This document shows, piece by piece, positions 12,396-25,884 of a DNA stretch of 64,000 bases. The stretch's first letter is position 1; each line of letters begins with the position of its first letter. Source of the stretch: Octopus sinensis (Eukaryota). Made by a program: the position numbers and the translations under genes. The notes beneath the pieces were generated by a model, which saw nothing but the letters and a program-made list of their open reading frames with translations, did not search any database and had not been told where the DNA came from. The stretch spans positions 121,644,001 through 121,708,000 of the forward strand of contig NC_043001.1 in assembly GCF_006345805.1 (NCBI RefSeq), written 5' to 3'.

Positions 12396-13481
12396 ACAAA
12401 ATATTCTGTCTCCTAGTTTTGTTTTCAATACATTTTTATGAGGCTTAATTTAAACCATCTTATGGATGGCATAGATGTGACAATTCTCAGAAGATCAACA
12501 TTCTGGAGCAATAGAAAATTGTCAGGATCTCTTACATTATGTGTGCCTTGGTTCAACACCAGAAGTTGCCGTTTTCCATCCAGGAAAAATCCATTTAAAG
12601 ACGTATCATATTAAAAAATGCAATATACATTGGAGCTAGGTGAAGTGATATCATTGCTGTAGTGATCTTCTGAGTGACAGATAATATGTATTTCACTGAA
12701 GTTGCAACTTATCAATGACATGTAGTTGTGTCATTTCCAAACCAAAATCGAAATCTCTAGCCTGAAGTATATATACAGGTAGTCTATAAAACTATCTGCT
12801 GATTTACAATGATATTACATAAGCAGAATAAATTTGGATTATGCAATAGAAGCTATTCTATAATAAAAATATTTTCAATGCATCATACTTAATGTGTGTT
12901 GTTGAAATGCTAGAAGTTGTGTTTGTAATTTCTCCAAAATATATTGAATTATATGATAGCTTAATTTTTCTCTTTTTTTTCATTATTATTCTGTGATAGA
13001 CCTGGACACATTACCAGCAATATCATCTGGGAGTGAGTCAGTGGATATTTCAGATCTTTCAAGAATCAGACCCCCTTACCCAGATGACTTGGTCAGGGTT
13101 GATTGAACCCCAGGTCATGTCTAGTTAACACTAGCCCAAGCAGTGCTACCCTATCCAGGGTTCATACATCCTGATTCACAATCTACCTTGAAGGAATCTT
13201 TGCTGCCTCCATAACCAACTTGGTAGCCTTCCAACTAATGGCCTGTTTGTTATAGGCTCTATAGAAGGCATGTAGCTTTGTGGTCAGTATTCAGCTCATA
13301 ATCATAAGGCCCTGAGTTCAATTCCTGGTGGAGCATTGTGTCATTGAGCAAGATATTTTATTTCACACTGCTCCAGTCCATTCAGCTGGCAAAAATGAGT
13401 TGTACCTGTTATTCAAAGGGCCAACCACGTCACATTTTGTGGCATGCTGAATCTCCCTTAGAATTATGTGATGGGTACTTG

Positions 13482-13627
13482 CAGGGGGGGGGGGGGGGGC
13501 TAAGCTGCCGGTCAATCGGACAATGCCTGAGGGCCTGCACTCTACATGTAAACTCCACTAAGTCAATCCTAAGGGACCTGGTAAACAGTTACACCCGAGG
13601 GCCATTAATACTCTCAGTCCACCCCTG
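13482..13627. mobile_element. hAT-like MITE (146 bp) inserted in a SINE
   Basis: Ends are CAGGGG... and ...CCCCTG. The 8-bp flanks GGTACTTG and GGTACTAG match at 7 of 8. Removing it restores the SINE spacing seen at 10875-10885. Confidence 0.7.
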
Positions 13628-13813
13628 GGTACTAGAGTCTGTGGAGTGCTCAGTCACTTGCATGCTAATTTCAAGAGCAAGCTGTTCCATTGATCAAATC
13701 AACTACAACTATTATCATATTAACCAGTGGAGTGCTGGTCAGAAGGACTGGCCTTTGAGAGCAAGGACAAACACGACAGGTAGTAATGAATGAAAGACAT
13801 ATATTTCACTTAC

Positions 13814-13903
13814 AATATCATAAAAATCCCGAATGCAAGTCTTGACGTGTGGACTAGTATCACCGTAGTCAATTTTACCACGAGTAGATCCACAGCAGTT
13901 GAA
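13814..13903 (-). CDS. Tetraspanin exon (CCG motif, variable loop), 30 aa
   Basis: Acceptor cttcctctctttttcag|TTC and donor ATT|GTAAGT. 90 nt, FNCCGSTRGKIDYGDTSPHVKTCIRDFYDI. Confidence 0.94.
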
Positions 13904-14300
13904 CTGAAAAAGAGAGGAAGGAAGAAAAAATGAGAACACAAAAGATTGGTAGCAAATGGAATTTTTGGTGGGGAATCAGTTGCAAATGAGTCCGTGTATT
14001 TTATGGAATACATTAGCAGAGGTTTTTTTGTAGCTGATAAATATCAATATTACAATATTACAAGTGGCTCTGGTTCTTACAATAAACTATAAACCAATAA
14101 TTCTATTGTTAAGAGATACAGAAATCTATAAGCTACAATGACATGAATATATATATATATATATATATACATTTATATATATATATATACACAATTATGA
14201 ATACGGGCAAAAGAAAAATATGTTGAGAAATAGACTTTCAATCATCATTCACCACATACAATATACATCACTATAAATATACATTGTGTATTTATAGTGA

Positions 14301-14474
14301 TAACGCTAACCACTCTGTGAGTGTAGTGGGTGCTTTTTACGTGCCATCAGCACAGGGGTCAGAGGAGGCTGGCAAAAAGTATCAACCGATCATGGCCGTT
14401 TGCCATCCTCCTCTGGCCCCTGTGCTGGTGGCACGTAAAAAGCATCCACTACACTCATGGAGTGGTTGGCATTA
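14301..14474. repeat. Fold-back of retroposon family C: arms of about 76 bp, 22-nt loop
   Basis: 14301-14376 is the reverse complement of 14399-14474 with about 8 mismatches. Confidence 0.85.
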
Positions 14475-15195
14475 GGAAAGCCATCCAGCTGTAGAAATAC
14501 TGCCAGATCAGACTGGAGCCTGGCGCAGCCTCCTGGCTTCCCAGAACTCGGTCGAACAGTCCAACCCATGCTAGCATGGAAAACAGACATTAAACGATGA
14601 TGATGATGATGTATAGTGTATGTGGTGATTGACGATTGAAAGTCTATTTCTCAGCATATTGGCATAGAAATTTTTTCTTTTGCCCTTGTTTATAATTGTT
14701 TATAATTTTCACCTTAAAAGATGCTGACCACTCGAAATTTTTTGAAAAAATGTTATCCTATATTAGAAGTATATATATATATATATGTATAAAATTTACA
14801 GAAAAACCTCTATTAAACAATTCAATAGTGAAAGACATAAATTAACGTAAAATTTTGATTGAAGGTTTTAACCTTTTTGTTACCACATTTCTGTTACAAT
14901 ACACCCTTTTTATTTCAATTAACTTTGGAAGTAATAAAAGAATTTAGTAAAATATTTTGGTCACTATTAAGCTGGTAACTGGATCATAAACTAATGTTGA
15001 ATACAAGTTATCTACCTATCTAAGAAACTTGGGTAGATTGATATCAAAAGGCTTCAATTCTAGATCACTTTACAACAGGAATTTTGTCTCACAGAAGTTT
15101 GTTTTAGGTGGAATGATATCAAAAGGTTTAAAATGAAGAGAAAGTGGGTGGAAAAAAAACCCTTGATAAAATTTAGGATTTCACTCCGAACTTAC

Positions 15196-15291
15196 GTCCT
15201 TTTGTACACTGTCCATAAGAATCTGTGATGCCTTATTTGTGTCATATTTTTCAACAGCATTGTCCAACATATCCTCGACAAGGTTACCCAT
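15196..15291 (-). CDS. Tetraspanin exon (large extracellular loop helices A/B), 32 aa
   Basis: Acceptor ctcttcttcag|ATG and donor GAC|GTAAGT. 96 nt, MGNLVEDMLDNAVEKYDTNKASQILMDSVQKD. Confidence 0.92.
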
Positions 15292-15788
15292 CTGAAGAAG
15301 AGTGATGGATTAAAAAATAATTATTAAAATGAAAATAAAATAGTAACATAGATAATTATACAACACTTTCTAAACAATAAATATAAGAAAAGAATTAAAA
15401 TCATAAATTAATAAAAATTAATTGACATGTTAATAAAAATGAAAGACTTAGGTAATATCAAGAAAAAGATTAGTGTACAGTGCTGTAAAATAAAAAGTTA
15501 ATTATCCAATTAGCCAAGATCAGAATGATTTTACCTTATTTACATAACCAATGTTACAATAAAAGACCACAATAAAGAAATGATGGAAGTAATTATTGGA
15601 ACATGCTAGCATCATTTTTTGTTCTGCTTCAAAATCACTTTTCAAACTGTTTAATTTTCATTTATTAATTTTTATTTGTTTATGAAGGTTGCACTGATTA
15701 CTCTTTTACCCTTTTACTTGTTTCAGTCATTTGACTGTGGCCATGCTGGAGCATGTCTGCTCAGACACGGAGTAATAGCAGCTATTAA

Positions 15789-16010
15789 CTCTTTCATTAC
15801 CAACCCAGCTGAAACCGGCTCTGGCTCTGTAGTCCAAATGTCTTGTTTCCATATGTTTTGAATTAAAATCTTCTACCAAACCTTAGTCACAATTTATGTT
15901 CCTAACACTAGCTTAATGATAACTAAATTATTTTACTAAATTCTTTGTTATATTTAAAATTAATTGAAAGAAACACAGAGCATCTCAAAATAAATACAGC
16001 AACGAAATGG
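15789..16010 (+). mobile_element. piggyBac-like MITE, single copy
   Basis: TTAA flanks at 15785-15788 and 16011-16014; same body as the copies at 41-46 kb. Confidence 0.75.
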
Positions 16011-16018
16011 TTAAACTA

Positions 16019-16534
16019 TCTATATCTATAAAAGGCAGGATGTGTGTGTGTGTGTGTACATGAATGTACTTTATGCACGTCCACAAATTAGCACGCATGT
16101 CGTTCCAATTTTAGGAGGACATTGATCACAATCATGGCTGTGCTTTTGTCAACTTATTTTTCCTGAAACACCTCCAGATAGTGGTAAAAATAGCTTTTCA
16201 ACCATAACTTCGACCAATTTTCATATTGGTGAAATCTGTAAGTTTGCTAACATGAGTTAAGTCCCCTATCTTATAGATTAATTCACCCTACTACAATGCC
16301 TCAAAAAAAAAAATTAGATTTAGACGACAGGGGAAAAGAGAAAGAGCTGAAGAGACTGACTATCAGCGGACCCGTTAGTAAAATATAACTTTTGGGGCTG
16401 AAGCCTGGCAATAAGAGCTTGCAGATATTCCGCTACAAAACATTCAATAATATTGAAGCAGTAACTTTCATAAATCAAGGTATAATTTTTGAAGACTCTT
16501 TCTGAACCCAGTCAACGACAGATATTTCTGCTAG
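16019..16534 (+). mobile_element. Helitron-like element, decayed
   Basis: TCTATATCTATAAAA...(GT)n start. The end AACCCAGTCAACGACAGATATTTCTGCTAG|T resembles the end of the 62139-62653 element. Confidence 0.5.
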
Positions 16535-16554
16535 TGACAGGTATTCTGCTAATA

Positions 16555-16783
16555 AGGCGGCGAGCTGGCAGAAACGTTAGCATGCTGGGCAAAATGCTTA
16601 GCGGTATTTCATCTGCGTTACGTTCTGAGTTCAAATTCCGTCAAGGTTGACTTTGCCTTTCATCCTTTCGGGGTCGATAAATTAAGTACCAGTTACGCAC
16701 TGGGGTCGATGTAATCGACTTAATACCTATGTCTACCTATGTCTGTCCTGTGTTTAGCCCCTTGTGGGTAATAAAGAAATAGG
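16555..16783 (+). mobile_element. SINE family B (other copies at 25964-26181 +, 32573-32808 +, about 48030-48240 -, 49010-49400 -)
   Basis: GGCGAGCTGGCAGAA head, GAGTTCAAATTCC box B and the GCCTTTCATCCTTTCGGGGTCGATAAATTAAGTACCAG body. From memory this resembles the Deu/Nin-type conserved SINE domain (unverified). Confidence 0.8.
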
Positions 16784-18355
16784 TATTTCTGCTAGTATAC
16801 TATATTTCTAGGAAGAAATATTTTCTTTTGTGAAAACATTTTAAATTCCCAAAAGAGTGGCTGTAAGCTCTGTTAGGTTTGCATTGCAATATTGAATCAC
16901 ATATTTAGGAAAGTCCTCCTCCTACAACTGGTATGGCATGCTTTGAAGGTGATTTTTCTCTTTGCTACAAGGAAGTATGTTTGAAATGTTATCTTTCAGA
17001 GCTTAACTTTGTTTGATTTATATGTAATTTATAATCCATGGAAGATTCTAGATTAACATGTTTTTAATAATAACTTAAAAAAAAAAAAAGAAATTCTACC
17101 TCAGCTTTTTTCCTGTATGTAAACACAAATTAATGATGGAAGTCACTACAGAATTGGGTTGTCTTTCTCAATAAGTTTATAAAGAAATATCAAACTTAAT
17201 ACTTCCTGCAGTCTCCCCCATCCTTCGTCTCACTTATCAAGGATCATAATGAGTGGCACTTATCTATGATTTCTTTTAAATTGGAACCAAAGCAGCTGGA
17301 ATATAAATATTCTCCATGAAAAATAACACTTATCTACTACGAGGAACTTATTCAAGAAATGTAGTTCCCATTTTTGACTCTGAAATATGTTGTCAAACAG
17401 AGCTATGGTAAATAGTGTTCCAACAGTGGCCACACTGTATAGTGTATCATGGACTACAAAATCTAATGTGTACTTCACTTTAAGATAATAAGACAGGAGT
17501 TGATGGTACTTTCACTGTTCTTACAAGAAAGTCAGGCTTTTTTTGGCACATGAGAAAAAATCAAGTGCTTGCTTTATGCTCTGAGGTACAAAAAAGAAAA
17601 ATGATAATACTTGTAGTGGTTTTGAACCCACAATCTTCATGTTGTCAGTTCAATACTCTATCCAGTAATCCAGTTCAGTTTCTTGAGTTTAACTTCTATT
17701 TAATGGGAAATAAAAGTTAACTTGCAATAAACTGACATCTTGTCCAAAAACAGATCTGTCTCTCATCTTCTTAATGCTATGGAGACACACAGCTCAAGCA
17801 TTCTTGTGGTAATTTTTATAAGAAATTTTCAGTTCATATTCTTTCCCAGTCTCACAAATACCAATTCCAGGTTTTTAAACCCCTTGTTTACATGCCACCT
17901 GCACAGGAGCCAGTCCAGCGACACTGGCAACGACCTCGCTTGAATGTTTTTTCACATGCCAGTAAGGTGACACTGATCACGCTTGAATGGTGCTTTTTAC
18001 ATACCATTCGAGCATGATCGTTACCATCGTTTACTGGCACTTGTGCCAATATACTGAGGCAAGTGTAATCGAAATCGAAATCAGTGACTGGCTAGGATGG
18101 TGCTCTACAGAAAGTTGACTTATTTATCTCCCCTTGTTGTTATTTCCCCCTTTAATTTTTATTTACTTGTTTAAACACCCAAAATTGAAAGATTACCGGA
18201 ATTCATAAACTTTAAGAAAACATGAAATGTTCTCTTTTTGGACAGTGAATCTCAAAACAGCTATGAATATTAGCAGGTACATATTGGGTAAAAAATATAT
18301 TTTGGACAGAAAAAAAAAAATCAAATGCTTACACACACACACACACGCACACACG

Positions 18356-18389
<34 letters not shown>

Positions 18390-18934
18390 AATGTAAAAAT
18401 TATATATAAATATATTAAGTTTTAAACTTAATATATTTATATTAAACTTAATATATAAATATATTAAGTTTAATATTGTTTTATAAACTTATTTAGAAAG
18501 ACAACTCAATTATATATATAAATATATATAAATGTAAAAATACATATATAAAAGTAAAAATTGCTTAAAACGCTTACAGAACAAGGCCAAAGCAGACAAA
18601 TTATATGCACATAACAATATACATGAATAATATGAAAATGTGTTTCAGGAAGCAATCCATCTCTTCCTTTTGGTTACCACACCAGCTTTTTTTTTTAAAC
18701 TTTTCTGCCGTGTTTTTATTTAAGAGTGTGCCAAAAAGAATTGCACTAGGATTGACATGAATGAGCAGAAGAGAAAAAGAAGTCGACAAGGAAATGGTAG
18801 CATGCAATTTTAGAGATGGATTCTGTTAATTTGTTTTTTTTTCAAACAAGCCTGGGTTGCATAGAATTTGTGTTGCTAAACATTTGTAATATAAACTTGA
18901 AGATGGTTTATAAAGGAAGTGTCTGATATATGTT

Positions 18935-19145
18935 CTTTTATTCTTTTACTTGTTTCAGTCACTTGACTGTGGCCATGCTGGAGCACTGCTTTTAGTCGAG
19001 CAAATCGACCCCAGGACTTATTCTTTGGAAGCCTAGTACTTATTTTATCGGTCTCTTTTGCCAAACCGCTAAGTTACGGGGATGTAAATGCACCAGCATT
19101 AATTGTCGAGCGATGTTGAGGAGGGGGACAAAAACACAGACACAC

Positions 19146-19192
<47 letters not shown>

Positions 19193-19625
19193 ATATATAT
19201 ATATATATACTTATATATACGACGGGCTTCTTGCAATTTCTGTCTACCAAATCCACTCACAAGGCTTTGGTCAGCCTGAGGCTATAAGTAGATGATACTT
19301 GCCCAAGGTACCACACAGTGGGAGTGAACCTGGAAACATGTGGTTGGTAACCAAGCTAGTTACCACACAGCCACTCCTGTGCCTATTCTTTTCTTTTACT
19401 TGTTTCAGTCATTTGACTGTGACCATGCTGGAGCACTGCCTTTAGTCATGCAAATTGATCCCAGGACTTATTCTTTGTAAGCCTAGTACTTATTATATCG
19501 GTCTCTTTTGCCAAACTGCTAAGTTACTGGGATGTAAATGCACCAGCATCAGTTGTCAAGTGATGTGGGGGGTGGGCAAACATATACATACATACACTTG
19601 CTCAAGGTGCCACACAGTGGGAGTG
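18935..19625 (-). mobile_element. Two tandem SINE family A copies (18935-19384 full-length, then a partial copy)
   Basis: Reverse complement of the family A consensus, twice. Confidence 0.8.
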
Positions 19626-22018
19626 AACGCTCAAATGGTGTTTTTTACATGCCACCAGCACAGAAGCCAGTTAGCTGCTCTGGCAATGATCATGCTCGGA
19701 TGGTGCTCTTAGGGCTCCTCTAGCACGGATGCCAGTCACCGAATTTGATTTCGATTTCAACCACATTTCTTAAACATAATGGTAGAGGCTTTGGTCTCAG
19801 GACCACTAATGTATAGAAACTGAAGTTGGGGGTAAGTAAGGGCATGCTCCCCTTAGAAAATCCAGCTCTAAAAAAACCTCAGGATAGCAAAGGAGAATGG
19901 GCACCAGCCAGCCCAAAGGTTTGGATGGGCTGCACCTGCCTACCTCGGTTGCTATGGCATTGAGGTAGATCTGGCCATCCCTATTAATGGGGACAAAACC
20001 TGGACTTAAAATACTGGATGATGATGATGATGATGATGATCCATACCCCACTCACAAGACTTTGGTCAATAGTAAATCTAAGGGAGAAGGCACATGCCTA
20101 ACTTGCCAAGCAATGGTATTGAACCCAGAAATGCAGAACTTTCAAGGCAAACTTCTTAAATGCATTACTATACTTGCACCCAGAGTGCTGAGACTTGTCT
20201 AGAATTCTTAATTTTGGGGTCTAAAATTAGACCTTTACATTATCTCTGACATAGTGAACAGGATGTAAAAAATTTAATGGTAATAGCTTTTTTCGTCAAG
20301 ATGTGTAGGGTTCAGTTTCCAGAGAAATGTTTATTTAACTGATGGGATCTAATTAGACAATGGGGACTCAGTCTATTGGTTGAAACTGACCCTTTTCCCC
20401 CACTAAACTGAAGGTAGAAGTGAAAATTGTTTAGTCACTATTTTTAAATGCAACCCAATAGAGATAGTAGCCATGGAAAGAAGAAATTTTGTTAGATTGT
20501 GTTTATATTTTTTGAATTTTCTTTTTATATATGTTTAATTTTCTGTCTTAAGTAAAATCTTTTAATATGAAAGCAAACATTCAAAGAAATATTTTGGAAA
20601 AAAGAAGTCCAGAAAAAATACTTGAAACAAAACCAATAACAATAACATAACAATAACAATAACAATAATAATAATAATAATAATAATAATGACAATAATA
20701 ATAAAAAAAAGATAAACAACAGTAGGCGCAGGAAAAATATGAGAATAAGTTCACTAAGACAAAAATGCAACAAATATTTGACAAATTTCACAAATAAATA
20801 AATACATTGATAAAATAAAATATGATAAAAACAACAAATAGTTGCTTTTTTTTGTTATTTTAGATAAAAGGTGTTTACCAAATCCAATTCATCCTAGCCA
20901 ATGGAAGCAGTAATGTAAACAAAAGATTAGCTTAAGATTAACATCGTCATCGTTGTCCATTGTTTATTGTTTAAACAACATGGAATTACTGCATAATCAG
21001 CTCATCTTGAGTAACGAATGAATGGTGAGAGAAAGAAAGAGAGTGGGAGAGAGTGAGGGATTGAGTAAGAGGCAGAGTTGAAGAGAGAGAGAGAGGCAGT
21101 CAGATAGGGTTCTTTTGACAGAAAACCAATTAAACTTACCAAAAGAAGGATAACGATGTGTTAAGAATTAATGAAAATAAATTAGTAAAATCAAACGCTG
21201 CTGTTTTTGGGGTTTTTTTCTTCTTTTTGTCCCAATAAAAAGATTACAAACTGGAAAGCAATTAAGTTTTATTAAATTAATGAATTTATTTCTTTATCAT
21301 CTAAATTTTTATTCGTTTCAATCATTAGGCTGTGGCTAAGCTGGAGCACCGCCTTGATGGATTGAGTCAAATAAATTAACCCCAGGACTTATTTTGTAAA
21401 GCCTAGAACTTCTCAAGTTACGAGGATGTAAACAAACCAGCACTGGTTGTCATGCAACAGTGGCAGGGCGCTATATATACAACAGGGCTTCTTTCAGTTT
21501 CTGTCAACCAAATCCACTCACAAGGCTTCGGTTGGTCTGGGGTTATAGTAGAAGACATTTGCCCAAGATGCCACACAGTGGGACTGAACCCAGAACCAAG
21601 TGGTTGGGAAGCAACCTTCTTACCACACAGCCATGCCTGCGTATATATATATATATATATATATATATACGATAGGCTTCTTTCAGTTTCTGTCTACCAA
21701 ATCCACTCTCAAGGCTTTGGTCGGCTTGAGGCTGTAGTAGAAGACACTTACCCAAGTTGTTAGACAGTGGGGCTGAACCCGGAACCATGTGGTTGCATAT
21801 TTAAATTATTTTACATTCATTAATATTTTAACCCCAAATGCTGCAGATATTTTGTGGAAAGGTATAATTAATGATATCGATCCTAATTGTTTTTGGAAAT
21901 TTTGGATGCAATCATATTGGTGGAGAACATGCTCTTTTAGTAATCTGATTCCTTCCCTACTACTAGTCGGTCAACCGTGAAATGCTCTTGTAACCTGTTC
22001 TTTTTCTTTTTATCTTTA

Positions 22019-22250
22019 CAATTTGATGCTTTTCCCACTGTTAACTACTCACCTGTGAAGTTCTGATGTAATATGGTTATTACAATTAGACACCTTTCTT
22101 ACAACTAACCTGCTCAACTGTGAAGTGCTGTTGTAATATGTTTTTGCAATTGGATGCCTTCCCTGCCACTAAACCGTTCAACTATGAAGTACCACTATGA
22201 CGATGTTTTACAATTAAACACCTTTCCTGTCAGTAAACCAATCAACCTGT
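22019..22250. repeat. Degenerate 64-bp minisatellite, about 3.6 units
   Basis: The CAATT(T/A/G)(G/A)A(T/C)(G/A)C anchor recurs at 22019, 22083, 22147 and 22211. Confidence 0.75.
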
Positions 22251-22420
22251 TTGCTGGGCCAAACAGATTCTGGTTATTTGCCAGAGTCTGTGAGAGGTAG
22301 AGGATGATGGCTGTAAAAAGACTTGACTGGAACCTTTTTGTTACCATATTTCTATTGAAATACACTGCTTCGTTTCAATTAATTTTGAAAACAATGAAGA
22401 ATTTAGTAAATTACTTTTAT

Positions 22421-23200
22421 TCTTTTACTTGTTTCAGTCATTTGACTGTGGCCATGCTGGAGCACTGCCTTTAGTCGAATAAATTGAACCCAGGACTTAT
22501 TCTTTGTAAGCCTAGTACTTATTCTACTGAACCTAGGACTTATTCTTTGTAAGCCTAGTACTTATTCTATTGAACCTAGGACTTATTCTTTGTAAGTCTA
22601 GTACTTATTCTATTGGTCCCTGTTGCTGAACTGCAAAGTTACGGGGATGGAAACACACCAACATCGGTTGTTAAGCAATAGTGGGGGAGACAAACAGACA
22701 CACAATTACATACATACACTGGCAGAATTGCTAGCATGCCAGGCATAGCTTCAGGCCAACCAAAGCCTTGTGAGTGGATTTGGTAGAGGGAAACTGAGAC
22801 AAGCCCATAATATTTATATGTGTGTGTGTGTGTGTTTGTCCCCCCCACCATCACTTGACAACCGATATTGATGTATTTATGTCCCTGTAACTTAGCGGTT
22901 CGGCAAAAGAGATTGATAGAATAAGTACTAGGCTTAGAAAGAATAAGTCCTGGGGTCAATTCATTTGACAGAAGGTGGTGCTCCAGCATGGCCGCAGTCA
23001 AATGACTGAAACAAGTAAAAGAGTAAAAGAACATCTATATATACGACAGGTTTCTCTCAGTTCCTGTCTACCAAATCCACTCACAAGGCTTTGGGGTTGG
23101 TTCAGGAACATAGTAGAAAACACTTGCCCAAGGTGCCATGCAGTGGGACTGAACCTCGAACCATGTGGTTGGAAAGCAAACATCTTACCACACAGCTATA
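22421..23200. mobile_element. Nested and inverted SINE family A fragments, including a 3 x 43-bp internal tandem triplication at 22487-22615
   Basis: Minus tail, plus partial copy and minus head. The unit AACC(C/T)AGGACTTATTCTTTGTAAGCCTAGTACTTATTCTA(C/T)TG starts at 22487, 22530 and 22573. Confidence 0.75.
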
Positions 23201-24178
23201 CTCAGAAATATTAGATACAAACTTTATACCATTTCTATACACAATACATTTTCAACTTGATTTAACCTTTGTTTCTGAGTCTGTATTATTAGATTTGAAA
23301 ACAGATTACAAGACACCACAACATTACAAGAGCAGAATTTATTATAAAGAAAATTGTCTATTTGCTGGTCGATGCACAAAGCTCAACTAATATATCTAGA
23401 ATCTATGATCCTGGTGTAGATCTGACAAATTTTAACAGGTCAAAATCACACAGAATTATATGCAACAACAACAATAAATGCTTCTGTATAATCTAATATT
23501 AATATTATATTGCATTATAGTATTTATAATTCAATATTTATTGTTTATAACAGGTTTCAAACACGTTTAGCCTGGCTACAAAACAGAAACACTTTTTAAG
23601 TATCTATTTTGGTTTGATGAACAATATATAAATATAGTTATGTTCAAAAGTTGCTAATATAACTTTAAATGGTTGCTAATATAGCAAGAAATAGCAACCA
23701 AGTTTCCCTCAGATTACATCCTACAATCTTAAAAATGCAAACTGTATGTTGAAATGTATGGGTATGATTGAACAGTTATTCAAAAAACAACAATCTGAGA
23801 TATCCTTTACATTGTTGCTGAAATAGCTTGAAATAACAGCCAAATTCCCCTCAAATCACATTCTGTCACCTTAAAAAAAGATGTAACGACATTCAGGATA
23901 ACGTAGTCCTAGAAATGCCAAATCCAAGAGAAAGATGGGATGGTTATTTGATCATAGTTCTACTCATACAGGGCTGACCTAGGGCTAAACATTATATATG
24001 TACAGGGTGCTTCAAAGATTTTATACAAATTTAGACATGGCTCTGGGAGCAGTTATGTCTGGGTTCAGGGTTCAGTCCCACTGTGTGACACCTTGGGCAA
24101 GTGTCTTCTACTATAGCCCCAGGCTTACCAGAACCTTGTGAGTGGATTTGTTACTTGGATATTGATAAAAAAGCTCAT

Positions 24179-24211
<33 letters not shown>

Positions 24212-25699
24212 CTAGATATATATTTAGCTTAGTTTTTCCTTGGGGCTGGCCAGATTGGAGCAATCTCAAGATTATTCAGCCGAAATTGCAAGGATGATCT
24301 GGTTCTTGACTGAAGATTAAAGGCTTCAAATGACCTGTCCATGTTTTTTGTATTGTCTATCTGGATGTTTTGTTGTCCCTTTTTGTATCACCTAGTTGTC
24401 CGAATGTTTTGCATTCTTGTCCCATTTTGTATTTTTTTATATATGTATATTTCATTTCATTTTTATTTTATCTAGTTTCAGCTCACAAGCTGTGGCCATG
24501 CTGGGGCACCATATATATACATATATATATATATTCATGAATATAAATATGCATGTATCATCATCATCATCATTTGATGTTCGTTTTCCATGCTGGTAAA
24601 ACTGGGAGCTGCACCATGTTCTACTGTCTATTTTCACATGGTTTCTACAGCTGGATGCCCTTCCTAATGTTACACACAAACACACACACAATAGGATTTT
24701 TTCAGTTTCTGCCTACCAAATCCACTCACAAAGCTTTAGTTTGCCTATGGTTATAGCAGAAAACACTTGCCCAAGGTGACACGCAGTAGGACTGAACCCT
24801 AAACCATGTGGGCAGGAAGCAAACATCTTACCGCACAGCCAAGCCCATTTCTATGCCTAAGAACATCCTGATTTTATCTAGTTGACATAATAAAAGCTTT
24901 GGAATCAATAGCAGAGAATTCTAAATTTAAGAAGAAAATAGGTAAAGTACTTTTAAAGAATGTCAAGTAATCATTGTTATTTGACTTTTTAAATATTGAT
25001 TGATGTTAGAATGACATTAGTCATTAATCACCAGGTATCAACACACTGTATGTGTGTTTAGGCATCTTGCTTTATATGTTTTGTATAGCTGTATGTGTGT
25101 ATGTATGTATGTATGTATGAAGGTATGTATGTATGAATGTATGTATATATGTGTGTGTGTGTGTGAAATATATGTATATATGTGTGTATATGTGTGTCTA
25201 TCTATGTAAGAATGTATGTATGTGTGAGTGTGCGACTGAAATGTATGTTTGTATATTCGTTTGTATGTATGTGTGTGTATGTGTGTGTATGTATGTATGT
25301 ATTATGTATGTGTGTGTATGTATGTATATACATGTGTATGTATGCATGTGTGTGTATATGCATGTATGTACATATGTATGTGTGTGTATGTATGTGTGCA
25401 TATGTGTGTGTATGTATGTATGTATCATCATAATCATCATTTAATGTCCATTGTCCATGCTGGCTTGGTTTGGACAGTTTGACCAGGGTTGGTAAGCTGA
25501 AAGGCTGCACCAGACACCAGACTCCATTCTGATTTAGCTGGATGCCCTTCCTAATGCCAACCACTCTGAGAATGTAATGGGTGCTTTTATATGCCACTGG
25601 CATGGGTGTCAATTTGCCCGACACCGTTATCTGCCACAACTGCGAATTTGCCTGGCTTGATGGGTCTTCTCAAGCATGACATAATGCCAAAGGTCTCAG

Positions 25700-25884
25700 T
25701 CATTGCCTCCGTGAGACCCAATGCTCAAAAGGAACTCATCCACTTTGCCTTTGTGAGACCCAATGCTTGAAAGAACTCAACCATTTTGCCTCTGTGGGGC
25801 CCACTGCTCAATAGAAACTCAGCCACTTTGCCACTGTGAGGCCCAACACTCAAAAGGAACTCACCCACTTTGCCTCTGTGAGGC
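25700..25884. repeat. 40-42-bp tandem repeat, about 4.5 units, at the end of a family C element
   Basis: CA(C/T)TTTGCC...GTGAG.CCCA...CTC.A..GAACTCA units start at 25701, 25741, 25782, 25824 and 25866. Confidence 0.8.

Noticed and set aside
12480-12780. Unique-looking sequence with a plus-strand open frame of about 50 codons (similar islands at 17260-17480 and 23290-23480)
   Set aside because: No recognisable homology, weak or inconsistent splice sites, and lengths expected by chance.
21452-21980. Recurring ORFs containing YQIHSQGFG/EAIVEDTCPRCHAVGLNPEP in many places
   Set aside because: Incidental translation of SINE family A; the recurrence reflects SINE copy number.
25700-25884. Regularly spaced repeats of about 42 bp (also 43-bp units at 22487-22615) that superficially resemble CRISPR
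   Set aside because: Contiguous tandem units without unique spacers, inside retroposons, in a eukaryotic context with no cas genes.
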